From assembly GCA_031278655.1 (NCBI GenBank), contig JAITJZ010000010.1:5881-69880 (forward strand): DNA of 64,000 bases, written 5' to 3'. A program made the translations under genes and the position numbers. The first letter of the stretch is position 1. The number at the start of each line of letters is the position of its first letter. The notes beneath the pieces are model-generated. The model searched no databases, had not been told where the DNA came from, and saw nothing but the letters and a program-made list of their open reading frames with translations. Shown here piece after piece: positions 46,131-55,400 of the stretch. The DNA is from Bifidobacteriaceae bacterium. Its GTDB lineage: Bacteria > Actinomycetota > Actinomycetes > Actinomycetales > WQXJ01.

Positions 46131-46150
46131 GCTTGTATGGTAGCGCAAGC
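46131..46150. promoter_or_regulatory. Candidate operator box in the manD / gntR divergent promoter region
   Basis: gCTTGTATGGTAGCGCAAGc with GCTTG/CAAGC inverted ends. A related box occurs at 49334-49360. Upstream neighbour CCAATGTATACC at 46117-46128. Confidence 0.3.
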
Positions 46151-46210
46151 GTTTTGGGCGGGTTCTCAGAACTTGTTTACCACGCCGCCGCCTGGAGCTA
46201 GTCTTGGACG

Positions 46211-46939
46211 ATGGCTCAAACGCACGCGCCCAAATCGGCCGCCGCCAAGGGGCGCCGAGGGGTCTATGAAGACCTCCGCCGGCGAATCGTGACCCTGGAT
46301 TTGGCGCCGGGCGCCGCTCTGTCAGAGAACGAATTGGCGGCCCGCCTCGGCGTCAGCCGCACTCCTGTGCGCGAGGCGCTGATCCTGCTCGCCGACGAGG
46401 GCCTGGTCAGGGTCTTTCCCAAAGTCGGCTCCTTCGTCTCGCGGGTCGACCTGCAGGCGGTCGAAGACGCCCAATTTCTGCGCGAAGCCGTCGAGTTGGC
46501 GGCGCTCGGGGCCATCCCGGCCAAACCGGCCCCGGGCATTGTCGACCGGCTCGTGGCCAACCTGGCCGAACAGGAGCGCGCGGGCATCGAGGCGGAGGAG
46601 TTCATGGCCCTTGACGAGGTCTTCCACCGCGACCTGCTGGACCTGTCCGGCCACGCGAATGTCTGGACCACCGTCGAGGCGGCCAAGGCTCAACTCGACC
46701 GGGCGCGACGGCTGGGCCTGAGCCTGGAACCAGACCCGCTGGCCCGTTTCGCGGCCGAGCATCGGGCCATCTTCGACGCCGTCATGGCGCCCGACCGGGC
46801 GCGCGCCCGGCGGCTGCTGCGGGCGCATCTGCGCGCCGTCTTCAACGACATCGAGCAGGTCCGGGCCGTCTCGCCGGAGTTGTTCGCGGGCGACCCGGAC
46901 TCGGCGCCGACCCGGCGCTCGGTGGCGGTCTGGGAATAG
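46211..46939 (+). CDS. GntR family transcriptional regulator (FadR/FCD subfamily)
   Basis: Winged-HTH LSENELAARLGVSRTPVREAL followed by an all-helical FCD-like C-terminal domain. Confidence 0.9.
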   Translation: MAQTHAPKSAAAKGRRGVYEDLRRRIVTLDLAPGAALSENELAARLGVSRTPVREALILLADEGLVRVFPKVGSFVSRVDLQAVEDAQFLREAVELAALGAIPAKPAPGIVDRLVANLAEQERAGIEAEEFMALDEVFHRDLLDLSGHANVWTTVEAAKAQLDRARRLGLSLEPDPLARFAAEHRAIFDAVMAPDRARARRLLRAHLRAVFNDIEQVRAVSPELFAGDPDSAPTRRSVAVWE

Positions 46940-46980
46940 GCGCCGAAAGAGGCGCCCGCGTGGCGCACCCCCCGGAGAAC

Positions 46981-47856
46981 CTAAAGAATCTCACTCATGT
47001 CGATGCGCGTGATGTGCCAGCGCCCCAAGTTGGCGACATAAGCGTCGGTGCCGCGGAAGACCAAGTTGGCTGGGTTGGACAGGACGCCGCCGAACGGATC
47101 TTCGAAGGCCAGCCGGACGGCGCCGTCCGCCTCCAGCCGCAGGATTTGGCTGGGGTAGTAGCAGCCAACATAGAGGCGGCCGTCTGGGCCGAAGGCCAGC
47201 CCGTCCGGCACGCGGTCGCCCAGCGACCAGGGCCGCGTCAGGGCGCCGGCGCTGCCGTCAGGCAGGATCTCGACGGCGGCCACGGCGCGGCCGTCTGACT
47301 CGGCCACGTACAGCGCCGACCCGTCTGGCGCCAGCGCCACCCCGTTGGCGAAGCGGAACGGGCCTTCGTGCCAAAGGCTTGGCACGGCATCGGGCGTCAC
47401 CCGGAAAATGCCGCCGCTGGGAGGCCCGTTGTGCGAGTCGGAGAAGTACATGACGCCGTCCGGGGCGAAGGCGAGGGCGTTGGGATAAACCAACTCCCGC
47501 TCGCCCACCCGGCCGTCGATGAAGGCCTCGGCCCGGGCGCCCGTGCCCACGGCCAGCCGTCGCACCTGGCGGCGCACGGCGTCGAGCCAGTAGAGGGTCC
47601 GGTCCGGGCCGAAGCCCATGCCCAGCGTGAAGCCGCCCGGGTTGTGGTCGACCAGCTCGATGGTCTGGGCCGCCAGGTCGAGGTGGAAGATTTGCCCGGC
47701 CTCGCCGCCGCACCAGACCGTGCCGTCGACCGGGTCGAAGGCCAGGCATTCGGGATGGTCGAGCACGGGCGAGGTCCTGAAGCCGTCGAAGGCGACCTCG
47801 GCGCGGTCGAGCGGCAGTAACGCGGTCAGATGTCCGATGTCGTCGAACGAGTTCAT
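46981..47856 (-). CDS. SMP-30/gluconolactonase/LRE family lactonase
   Basis: 291-aa six-bladed propeller pattern (ECLAFDP..., PNALAFAPDG, ANGVALAPDG, PDGLAFGPDGRLYV). ATG at 47856. The rest of the 860-aa track ORF is an out-of-frame read over the MFS gene. Confidence 0.85.
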   Translation of the reverse strand: MNSFDDIGHLTALLPLDRAEVAFDGFRTSPVLDHPECLAFDPVDGTVWCGGEAGQIFHLDLAAQTIELVDHNPGGFTLGMGFGPDRTLYWLDAVRRQVRRLAVGTGARAEAFIDGRVGERELVYPNALAFAPDGVMYFSDSHNGPPSGGIFRVTPDAVPSLWHEGPFRFANGVALAPDGSALYVAESDGRAVAAVEILPDGSAGALTRPWSLGDRVPDGLAFGPDGRLYVGCYYPSQILRLEADGAVRLAFEDPFGGVLSNPANLVFRGTDAYVANLGRWHITRIDMSEIL

Positions 47857-47864
47857 GGTTTCCC

Positions 47865-49265
47865 TCACTTCGTCGTGGGGCCGGCCGGGGCTTGGCCGAC
47901 TGGTTGGACCGTCTCGGTGATCCTGGCGAGCGGGATGAGGCAGGTCAAGGCGATCACAGCCAGAATAACGTAGTGGGCGGTGAAGCCGAAGTGCTCGATC
48001 ACCCAGCCGCTGGCGGCCGCGGCCACCACCCCGGACAATCCCGACGAGATGCCGATCAGCAGGCCCATGCCGGTGCCCGCCGCCCGCGGCACCGAGTCGA
48101 GGATGAGCGCGTAGACCACCGGGTAGGGGGCGTTCCGGAACAGGCCCCAGGCGAGCAGGACCACCCAGCCGCTGGCGGCGCCGCCGATGAAGATCATCGC
48201 CACCAGGGAGGCGGCCCAGCCCAGGACCAGCACGGTGAGCGCTGGTTTGCGCCCGAACCGGTCTGACCAGGTGCCCCAGACCACCTGGCCGATCCATCCG
48301 GTCAGCCCGGACGCCCCGGCGACCAGCGCCGCCTCGGCGAAGTCCATGCCGCCGTCGACGAATTGGGTGGTCAGGAAGGTCGAGGCGCCGTATTCGGCGT
48401 ACAAGAAGAGGAATATCAGCAGCACCGACCAGCGCACATTGGCGTTGGCGAGGCAGGCTTTGAGCGGCGCCATCAGGCCGCCGGGCAGCCGAGGGGACAG
48501 TTCCGGGAGCGGCTTGGTCAGGCCGTTGGCGTCGATCCAGTCGTAGACGCGCTGTTGGTTGCGGCGGGTGCCGATTATCCCTTGGGCGATGACGATGACG
48601 AGCCCCAGCATCGGTATCAGGAGGAAGGCCTCGCGCCAGCCGGCCACGCCGAGCACGCCGGCGATCAACGCTCCGGTCAGGAATTGCCCCAGGGGGAAGC
48701 CGGTGTGGTGGACGCCGACGGCGAAGCCGCGATGCTCTTTTGGCCACCATTCGCCGACCAGCGCCACGTTGATCGGCTCTGAGCCGCCGCGGCTCAGCCC
48801 CATCGGTATGCGCAGCAGCAGGAAGGCGGTGAAGCCGCCGGACAGCCCGAAGGTCGCCACCCCGCCGACGATGGCGAGCAGCATGGCGGTGTTCCAGGTC
48901 CAGGTCCGGCGGTAGCCGGTGCCGATCCGATCTGACAGCCATCCGAATCCGAAGGCGCCGACCAGCAACGCGGCGAAGAAGACGGAGTTGACCAGCCCGG
49001 CTTGGGCGGTGGTCAGATCGAACTCTTTGACGATGGCTGGCAGGACGGCGGGCAGGATCCCGCCGTCGATCGAGGTCATCAGGATGGCGCCGGTGGTCAC
49101 CGCCAAGGTGGCCCAGGAGACGGCGTGCGCCCGCGGGCGCCAGGAGTGGGTCGGCGGTGATCCCGCTGATCGGGGACTCTTTGGCCGAGGGCTGGCCGCT
49201 TGGCCGCCAGCCGGATCGGCGCTGTTGTGAACGGCCTGGTGGGACTGGGTCTCTGGGGTGTCCAT
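47865..49265 (-). CDS. MFS transporter (anion/sugar-acid type)
   Basis: Twelve hydrophobic segments. The MFS loop motif region SDRIGTGYRRT. Start at ATG 49265 (MDTPE) is preferred over 49328. Confidence 0.85.
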   Translation of the reverse strand: MDTPETQSHQAVHNSADPAGGQAASPRPKSPRSAGSPPTHSWRPRAHAVSWATLAVTTGAILMTSIDGGILPAVLPAIVKEFDLTTAQAGLVNSVFFAALLVGAFGFGWLSDRIGTGYRRTWTWNTAMLLAIVGGVATFGLSGGFTAFLLLRIPMGLSRGGSEPINVALVGEWWPKEHRGFAVGVHHTGFPLGQFLTGALIAGVLGVAGWREAFLLIPMLGLVIVIAQGIIGTRRNQQRVYDWIDANGLTKPLPELSPRLPGGLMAPLKACLANANVRWSVLLIFLFLYAEYGASTFLTTQFVDGGMDFAEAALVAGASGLTGWIGQVVWGTWSDRFGRKPALTVLVLGWAASLVAMIFIGGAASGWVVLLAWGLFRNAPYPVVYALILDSVPRAAGTGMGLLIGISSGLSGVVAAAASGWVIEHFGFTAHYVILAVIALTCLIPLARITETVQPVGQAPAGPTTK

Positions 49266-49333
49266 AGCACTTCCTTGTGTTGCGTCGGCGGGTCGGACCG
49301 TGTCGGGTCCATGACTGAACACTGCCACACACT

Positions 49334-49360
49334 ACTTGCATACTAGCCTTGTACGCAAGC
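49334..49360. promoter_or_regulatory. Candidate operator box upstream of the MFS-lactonase operon
   Basis: aCTTGCATACTAGCcTTGTACGCAAGc. The 13-mer CTTGCATACTAGC matches CTTGTATGGTAGC (46132-46144) at 10/13 positions, and both boxes end in GCAAGC. Confidence 0.3.
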
Positions 49361-49396
49361 CCCCAAAGGCCCCGGCTTTCCGCCCGGCCGCCGCCT

Positions 49397-50428
49397 TCAG
49401 GCGGCGGCGAACAGAGGCGCGTGGGCGGCCAGCGTCTGCGGCGGCACGGTCTTGAGGGTGGCGGTGGCCTCGGCCAGGGAGACGGTCTCAATGGCGCCAC
49501 CGCGCAGAGCCACCATGACACCGCTCTGGCCGCGATGCAGGGCCTCGACGCCAGCGGCGCCAAGGCGCGTGGTCAACACCCGGTCGAAGGCGCACGGGCT
49601 GCCCCCGCGCTGGACGTGGCCCAGCACCACCGAGCGAGTCTCAACGCCCGCCAACTCCGCCAGCCGGCCGGCCAAGAGGCCGGCGATCCCGCCCACCTGG
49701 ACGTGGCCGAACTCATCGACCGGCGCGCCGCTGTCGCCCTCGACGGCGCCGGCGCGAGCCACCGCCCCCTCCGCCACCACCACCACCGCGTCACGCCTGG
49801 CCGCCACCAACGCGCCGACCCGCGCGGCGACATCGGGCAGAGAAAACTCAACCTCCGGGATCAAAGCGGCGGCGGCCGAGGTCGCCAAACCGACATGCAG
49901 GGCGATCCAACCGGCGTGACGGCCCATGACTTCGACCACCAAGGCGCGGTGGTGCGAGCGGGAAGTGGTCCGCAGGCGGTCCACCGCCTCGGTGGCGATC
50001 TCGACCGCGGTGGTGAAACCGAAGGTCACGTCGGTGCCAGAAAGGTCGTTGTCGATGGTCTTGGGCACGCCGACGCAACGCACCCCGGCGCCGGCCAGCC
50101 GGGCCGCGGCCCCCAAGGTGTCCTCGCCGCCGATCGGCATCAGCGCGTCGACGCCGTCCGCCGCCAACTGGGCCTTGATCCGATCGATCCGGTCGGCGCG
50201 GCCGGCGTTGGTGCGCGAGGCGCCCAGGATGGTGCCGCCGAGCGGCAGGATCTCCTCGACGTCGGGCACCCCGAGGGGCTGGCTGAGACCCTCAAGGGGG
50301 CCGCGCCAGCCGTCGAGGTAGCCGATGAAATCATCACCGTGGGCGCGCGCGCCCTGCAAGACGGCCGCGCGGATGACGCCGTTGAGCCCGGGGCAGTCGC
50401 CGCCGCCGGTCAGCAAGCCGATCCTCAC
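49397..50428 (-). CDS. 6-phosphofructokinase paralogue (GGEDT / PKTIDND type)
   Basis: MRIGLLTGGGDCPGLNGVIRAAV, IGGEDT, PKTIDNDL and MGRHAGWIA motifs. Overlaps the upstream aldolase gene by 4 nt. Confidence 0.9.
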   Translation of the reverse strand: MRIGLLTGGGDCPGLNGVIRAAVLQGARAHGDDFIGYLDGWRGPLEGLSQPLGVPDVEEILPLGGTILGASRTNAGRADRIDRIKAQLAADGVDALMPIGGEDTLGAAARLAGAGVRCVGVPKTIDNDLSGTDVTFGFTTAVEIATEAVDRLRTTSRSHHRALVVEVMGRHAGWIALHVGLATSAAAALIPEVEFSLPDVAARVGALVAARRDAVVVVAEGAVARAGAVEGDSGAPVDEFGHVQVGGIAGLLAGRLAELAGVETRSVVLGHVQRGGSPCAFDRVLTTRLGAAGVEALHRGQSGVMVALRGGAIETVSLAEATATLKTVPPQTLAAHAPLFAAA

Positions 50429-51255
50429 GCGATCACCCCCAGGAGCCCGGCCACTGCCGCCGCCACCGCCTCGCGGGCGGGGGAGAAGTACTTGCGAGTG
50501 TCGACCAGTTCCGGAGCGGCCGCCAATTCGGCCCGGACCCGGCCGGTGAAAGTCTGGGACAACAGCGTGGCGATGTTGATCTTGGTCATCCCGGCCCGCA
50601 CCGCCGCCGCCAGATCGCCGTCCGCCACCCCGGACGAGCCGTGCAGCACCAAGGGGACCGGCACGGCCGCGTGGATGGCTGCGATCAAGTCGAAGTCCAA
50701 GAGGGCGGCGCGCGTGGTCATGGCGTGCGACGAGCCGACTGCCACGGCCAGGGAATCGACGCCGGTGGCGGCGACGAAGCCGGCGGCCGCGGCCGGGTCG
50801 GTCCTGACCCCTGGGGCGTGCGCACCGTCCTTGCCGCCGACCTCTCCCAACTCGGCCTCCACCCAGGCGCCGCGGGCGTGGGCGAGCGCGGCCACGGCCT
50901 CGGTGGCGGCCCGGTTGGCGTCATCGGGCAACTTCGAGCCGTCATACATTATCGAGTCCAACCCCAGGTCAAGCGCCTGGCCGATGAGCTCGAACGACTC
51001 GGCGTGGTCCAGGTGGACCGCCACCGGCACGTCCGCCGCTCGCGCCAACGCCTGACAGGCCGAGGCGATCGGGGCCAGCGCGCCGTGGTACTTGACGCAG
51101 TTCTGCGAAATCTGGAGGATGACGGGGCGGCCGGCCGCCTCCGCGCCGGCGGTGATGGCCTCGGCCAGCTCCAGTTGGATGACGTTGAAGGCGCCGACTC
51201 CGCGTCCAGCGGCGGCGGCGGGACGGATGACCTCGGCGGGGGGGACTAGTGGCAT
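50425..51255 (-). CDS. Class II fructose/tagatose-bisphosphate aldolase family protein
   Basis: VGAFNV, PVILQISQ, VAVHLDHAE and LVLHGSSG motifs of class II (FbaA/KbaY/GatY) aldolases. Confidence 0.85.
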   Translation of the reverse strand: MPLVPPAEVIRPAAAAGRGVGAFNVIQLELAEAITAGAEAAGRPVILQISQNCVKYHGALAPIASACQALARAADVPVAVHLDHAESFELIGQALDLGLDSIMYDGSKLPDDANRAATEAVAALAHARGAWVEAELGEVGGKDGAHAPGVRTDPAAAAGFVAATGVDSLAVAVGSSHAMTTRAALLDFDLIAAIHAAVPVPLVLHGSSGVADGDLAAAVRAGMTKINIATLLSQTFTGRVRAELAAAPELVDTRKYFSPAREAVAAAVAGLLGVIA

Positions 51256-51520
51256 GGAAGGGCCTCGATCTTGCCGGTGGCTGGCAGTTGCTCAAATTGG
51301 CGCATGTTCTGAATCCTGACGGTCAGCGTGAAGGGTGTCGCCCGAACAGTCTACGCGATTGCCGGCGCTCGACGAACGCCGAAACGCTCAATATTGCGCA
51401 GTGAACCCGCCTGAAGTGCGGTGGTGCGCGCGGGGGCCAATGAGCGATTATGATCAGATGTCAGCGCCCGCCGGGCGAGAGGACCAGACCAACCGGAGAG
51501 CGCCAAGGAAAGGTGTGACA

Positions 51521-52309
51521 GTGGACCGCTACCAGCGCATCGCCGCCCTGCTGGAGATGTTGGCCAAGAACGGCAAAGTCGAGGTCGAACAGGCCGTTGC
51601 CGCCCTCGGCGCCTCCGCCGCCACCATCCGCCGCGACCTCGTCTACCTGGACGAACAACGCCTGGCGAGGCGCACCCACGGCGGCGCCATCGCCAATTCA
51701 GGCTCGTTCGACTTGCCCTTGCGCTTCAAGACCGGCCGGGCCCTGGCCGAGAAGCAACGCATCGGAGCCGCCGCCGCCGCCCTGGCGCCCGTCGGCGGCA
51801 TCGTCGGCATCAACGGCGGCAGCACAACGCTGGAAGTGGCCCGGGGCTTGGCCGCGCGAGCCGACCTGGTCTCGACCGAGGGCGCGGGCCGGGCGCTGAC
51901 CATTGTCACCAACGCCGTCAACGTGGCCGGCGAATTGCTGGTCCGGCCCCAATTCAAGGTGGTGGTGACCGGCGGCGTGGTGCGCGCCCACTCCTACGAG
52001 CTGTTCGGGCCCCTGGCCGAGCGCTCACTCGAATCGCTGTCAGTGGAACTGGTGTTCCTCGGGGTCGACGGCTTCGACGCGGCCTTCGGCGCCAGCGCCC
52101 ACTCGGAGGCCGAGGCGTCCACCAACTCGATGCTGGCCCTGGCCGCCGCCAAGGTGGTGGTCGTCTGCGACGCGAGCAAAGTGGGGCGACGGGCCTTCGC
52201 CCAAATCTGCCCCCCGACCAAGGTCGACACCTTGGTCACAGACACCGGCGTGGCGCCGCAAGTGGCCGCCCAACTGAAATCCCTCGGCATCAAAGTGATA
52301 GCGGTCTAG
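51521..52309 (+). CDS. DeoR family transcriptional regulator
   Basis: HTH (RYQRIAALLEMLAKNGKVEVEQAVAALGASAATIRRDLVYLDEQ) plus a DeoR C-terminal sugar-phosphate sensor domain. GTG start at 51521 (or 51515); the upstream part of the track ORF is unsupported. Confidence 0.85.
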   Translation: MDRYQRIAALLEMLAKNGKVEVEQAVAALGASAATIRRDLVYLDEQRLARRTHGGAIANSGSFDLPLRFKTGRALAEKQRIGAAAAALAPVGGIVGINGGSTTLEVARGLAARADLVSTEGAGRALTIVTNAVNVAGELLVRPQFKVVVTGGVVRAHSYELFGPLAERSLESLSVELVFLGVDGFDAAFGASAHSEAEASTNSMLALAAAKVVVVCDASKVGRRAFAQICPPTKVDTLVTDTGVAPQVAAQLKSLGIKVIAV

Positions 52310-52442
52310 CCGCCGCGCCGGCCCCCACACGGCCAGGCGTGACAAGCCGCGACCGGCGGTGTAACGTCGCAGTCAGTCTGTGTCCGCGCGGCTTGTCGGT
52401 TCGCCCATTACTTGATCCGCAGCACGCTTTCCCCAAAGAGGT

Positions 52443-55400
52443 GTGATGACTGACCCGGTGTATGAGATCGACGGCTCTGCGCGCAGTTACTTCGAGGCTT
52501 TGTCGGAGTTTGACCGGCGTAATCTTGATTCCAGCGCGATCCCGACTTTCAAGGTCAGGGTCACCAATGCCACGGTGTTGAACCTGGTGCATCTGTTTTC
52601 GTGGCTTCAGGACCGGGACGGCGCCAATGCGGTGCAGCAGTGCAGGCTTGAGGTGGTCCTAGATCCTGCCGACCCGGAGCCGTACGCGCTGGCCGCGAGG
52701 GTCGCAGCGCTGCTGGGTTCGGAGGAGTGGATAAGGCGAATCGACAATTGGGACACCGCGGAGCATGCCGGGCGAACACGGCGAATCTTGCCGATGATCT
52801 CGATCAATGAGGATACCTATCAGGCGCTCGCCGATCCGGTCCGGAAATTGATCGGCCAGTCGAACGGATCGGAAGCCTTCAAAATAGTCCCTGAGGCGCC
52901 GCCGAAGAGCGACAAGAAAAACGAATCATTCCCTAGATTCGCCCTGCCCGAAGGGCTAGACAGTTCGGTGGCAGCGGTGATCGAAGTATGTGGACGGCTC
53001 CTGTTCATGATCGGTTCCGGAGATAAAGCCGAATCGAGGAGGAGGGTCGAATACAAGCGAAAAGTGTTGTTGAAACAAGATGAAGTTGGCCGCGAGGTTT
53101 TCCGCAGGACCGCAGATTGGCCTTTGCTGGCCTTCCTGCTCTGGACCGCGTTCGACAAAGCGGTCGATATTGCGGAATGTGATGAGCCGAAGCCGAGCCC
53201 GCTTGAAGGGCGGTGGTTGGAGCGTCTGGCCCAGCTCGAGCCGGACGTCCTTGATATCAGCGACGGATTGCTCCAGTTGGCGGAGAACGTTGTGGTCCAC
53301 GCGGGTCCCGACACATCGGAGGGCCGCGCGAAGGGCCGCGGCGTCCTAGCCCTGCGGGTGCACAGCCGGAAGGGCGAATGGCGAGACGGTCCGCTGGGTG
53401 AGCTTTATCCCAATTACTTCCTCGGACGCGACCGCCGTCGAATGATCAACGCGTGGCGCGAACCCAACTCCGGCGAAGATTGGCTGCGCGACCTGTCCAG
53501 CGACGATCTGCTGGACAGAGAATCACACCACCTGGGAGGGGCCGTCCAGCCCTCCTCGCCCGAGGAGCCCGAGGAGCCCGAATGGTGGCTTCGCAACCGC
53601 GCAGAGAGGGCCAGCCGTGAGAGCCGCCGTGGGCAAGTCCAGCAGTATTTGGAGGTCCGGCTAGCCGATCGCGGCGCCAGTGGGGTGGCGGCGACCTTTC
53701 GGGAACGCACTGAGAACGCCGACCTGAAGTCCATTGGCGACCTCCGCGGCTTTTTCGATCCGACGGCAAAGCAGCGGGAAGATTGGAGAACTTTCTCGGG
53801 CACACCTGTGAACGCCGTGAACCATTACGGCCTGGCATTGTTCGACTCGCTGCTCTCTGGCCTCGACGGGAGCCTTGGGGTGGCGAGCCGATCCCCCGAT
53901 GACGCTTGCGATATGTATTCGAGCAGCGGTGACGATCCTGACCAGGGCGGCGATGGCGCCAGCACGGCGGCATCCCTCGGCACACGCTATTCGCTCTTGA
54001 TACCGCTGCGGATGCGCCTGTCGCAGGCGGCGCCATTGGCCCATCACGCCCACGTCGACCTTCGCCTGCCCGCAGATGAGGAGGCCGAGCCGCTGTGCGT
54101 CGAAACGGTCGGCGCCGCGGACTGGAAGAGCTTTCGAGGCACGCTCGAAGGCTGTTCGCCGTCATCCCCCCAAACCAAGATCGGGCATGTTGAATCAGTG
54201 TCTGGCAGTGCCGTCGGCGCAACAGTCAACTGGGGTGTTGAACCGAGAATCGCGGTGTTTGACGCCAGCACGCTCAGCGGATACCAACTCGAAGTTCTGT
54301 GTAAGGCGATCTTGCTCTGGCTCCGCGGCAGGTCGACGACGCACGTGGCGATTCGTGTGCGGGACGAGCACCAGCTGCGCGTCTTGGTCCGGCTGCTGGT
54401 CGTGTTCTTCGACCGCGACGGTCAGAACGCGGCGCTTGAGGGCAGCCAGCTCTATCTGGTCGGTCCGCAGCCGGGTGACGAGTGGTGGCTCCCTGGCACT
54501 CATCTTGGTGACGCGGTCGCCGCGCAATTGAAGCTCTCCGCGGCACGGTCGGTGGGCGGGACCCTGACATCGCCGCTGACCGATGAGCTGACGCGGATGC
54601 TTGCCAGGCACCCCGGTGCGTCTCGGGCCTCGGCGGCGCCGCAGACGGTTCGCTACGAACCGTTTGACCTGAAGGTCAGCGCAGCCCCGAATTCTCCTGA
54701 GACGCTGTTTGATCGCGTTGCGCGGAAGGTGTTGGAGGCGGACATCCAAGACCCGTCAGGGCCGGGTTGCCGACTCGGGGACACGCACGTCCGGATTGGG
54801 TCGAAAGTGCACCTGGGCACCTTTTACGAGGCAGAGCTCCTATTTGGCAACCACTACTACGTCGATCGGTACGCCTGGCTTGTCCGGCGAGCGCTCAAAT
54901 TTCCGGAGCTCCCAGAAGACGAGGTAGCCGCGGTTGGCCAAGACGATGCCTGTTGCGTCATTGGTTATGAGACCTATTCGGAGATGTTGGTCAGGCGCGT
55001 CATCCAGCCGCGAGAGTTCGCTGACAAGCAGTGGATTTATGGGACTCTGGAGGCGGACGGTGACCGAATGCGGCTGCGCGGATTGGAGGCGATTAGCCGC
55101 GAGCCTTGGAATCCTGAGATGAAGCTTGTCTACCTGGTGCCAATTAGCACTACTATGTCCACCTTTCGCAAGATGGACAACGAAGTTCGGCGATGGTTCG
55201 CACAGACGTGGCCAAATTGTGGGCACGAGTTGCCCAAGCCAATCTGTATCACGGTCATCCATGTTCGTAGTGGCTCCGGCGCACAAGGTTCGAACCTAGA
55301 ACAGGAATTCTTCACCCAGCCCAACTCGGACATGAAATTGGTCAAGCTCCAGGAGCTCATCCAGCTCAAACCCCGGAAACCCCGGAAACCCCGGAAACCC

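Noticed and set aside
42008-46292. Two long plus-strand ORFs (42008-43771, 587 aa; 44889-46292, 467 aa)
   Set aside because: Antisense to the Zn-ADH, uxuB and manD genes, all of which carry clear family motifs on the minus strand.
46939-46956. GGCGCC-gaaaga-GGCGCC hairpin between convergent gntR and lactonase genes as a bidirectional terminator
   Set aside because: Only a 6-bp stem with no flanking T/A runs. Too weak to annotate as a terminator without transcript-end data.
47857-49563. N-terminal 570 residues of the 860-aa ORF 46981-49563, and the plus-strand ORF 49349-51055
   Set aside because: The first is an alternative frame over the MFS transporter gene; only its last 291 codons (the SMP-30 lactonase) are real. 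The second is antisense to the PFK and aldolase genes.
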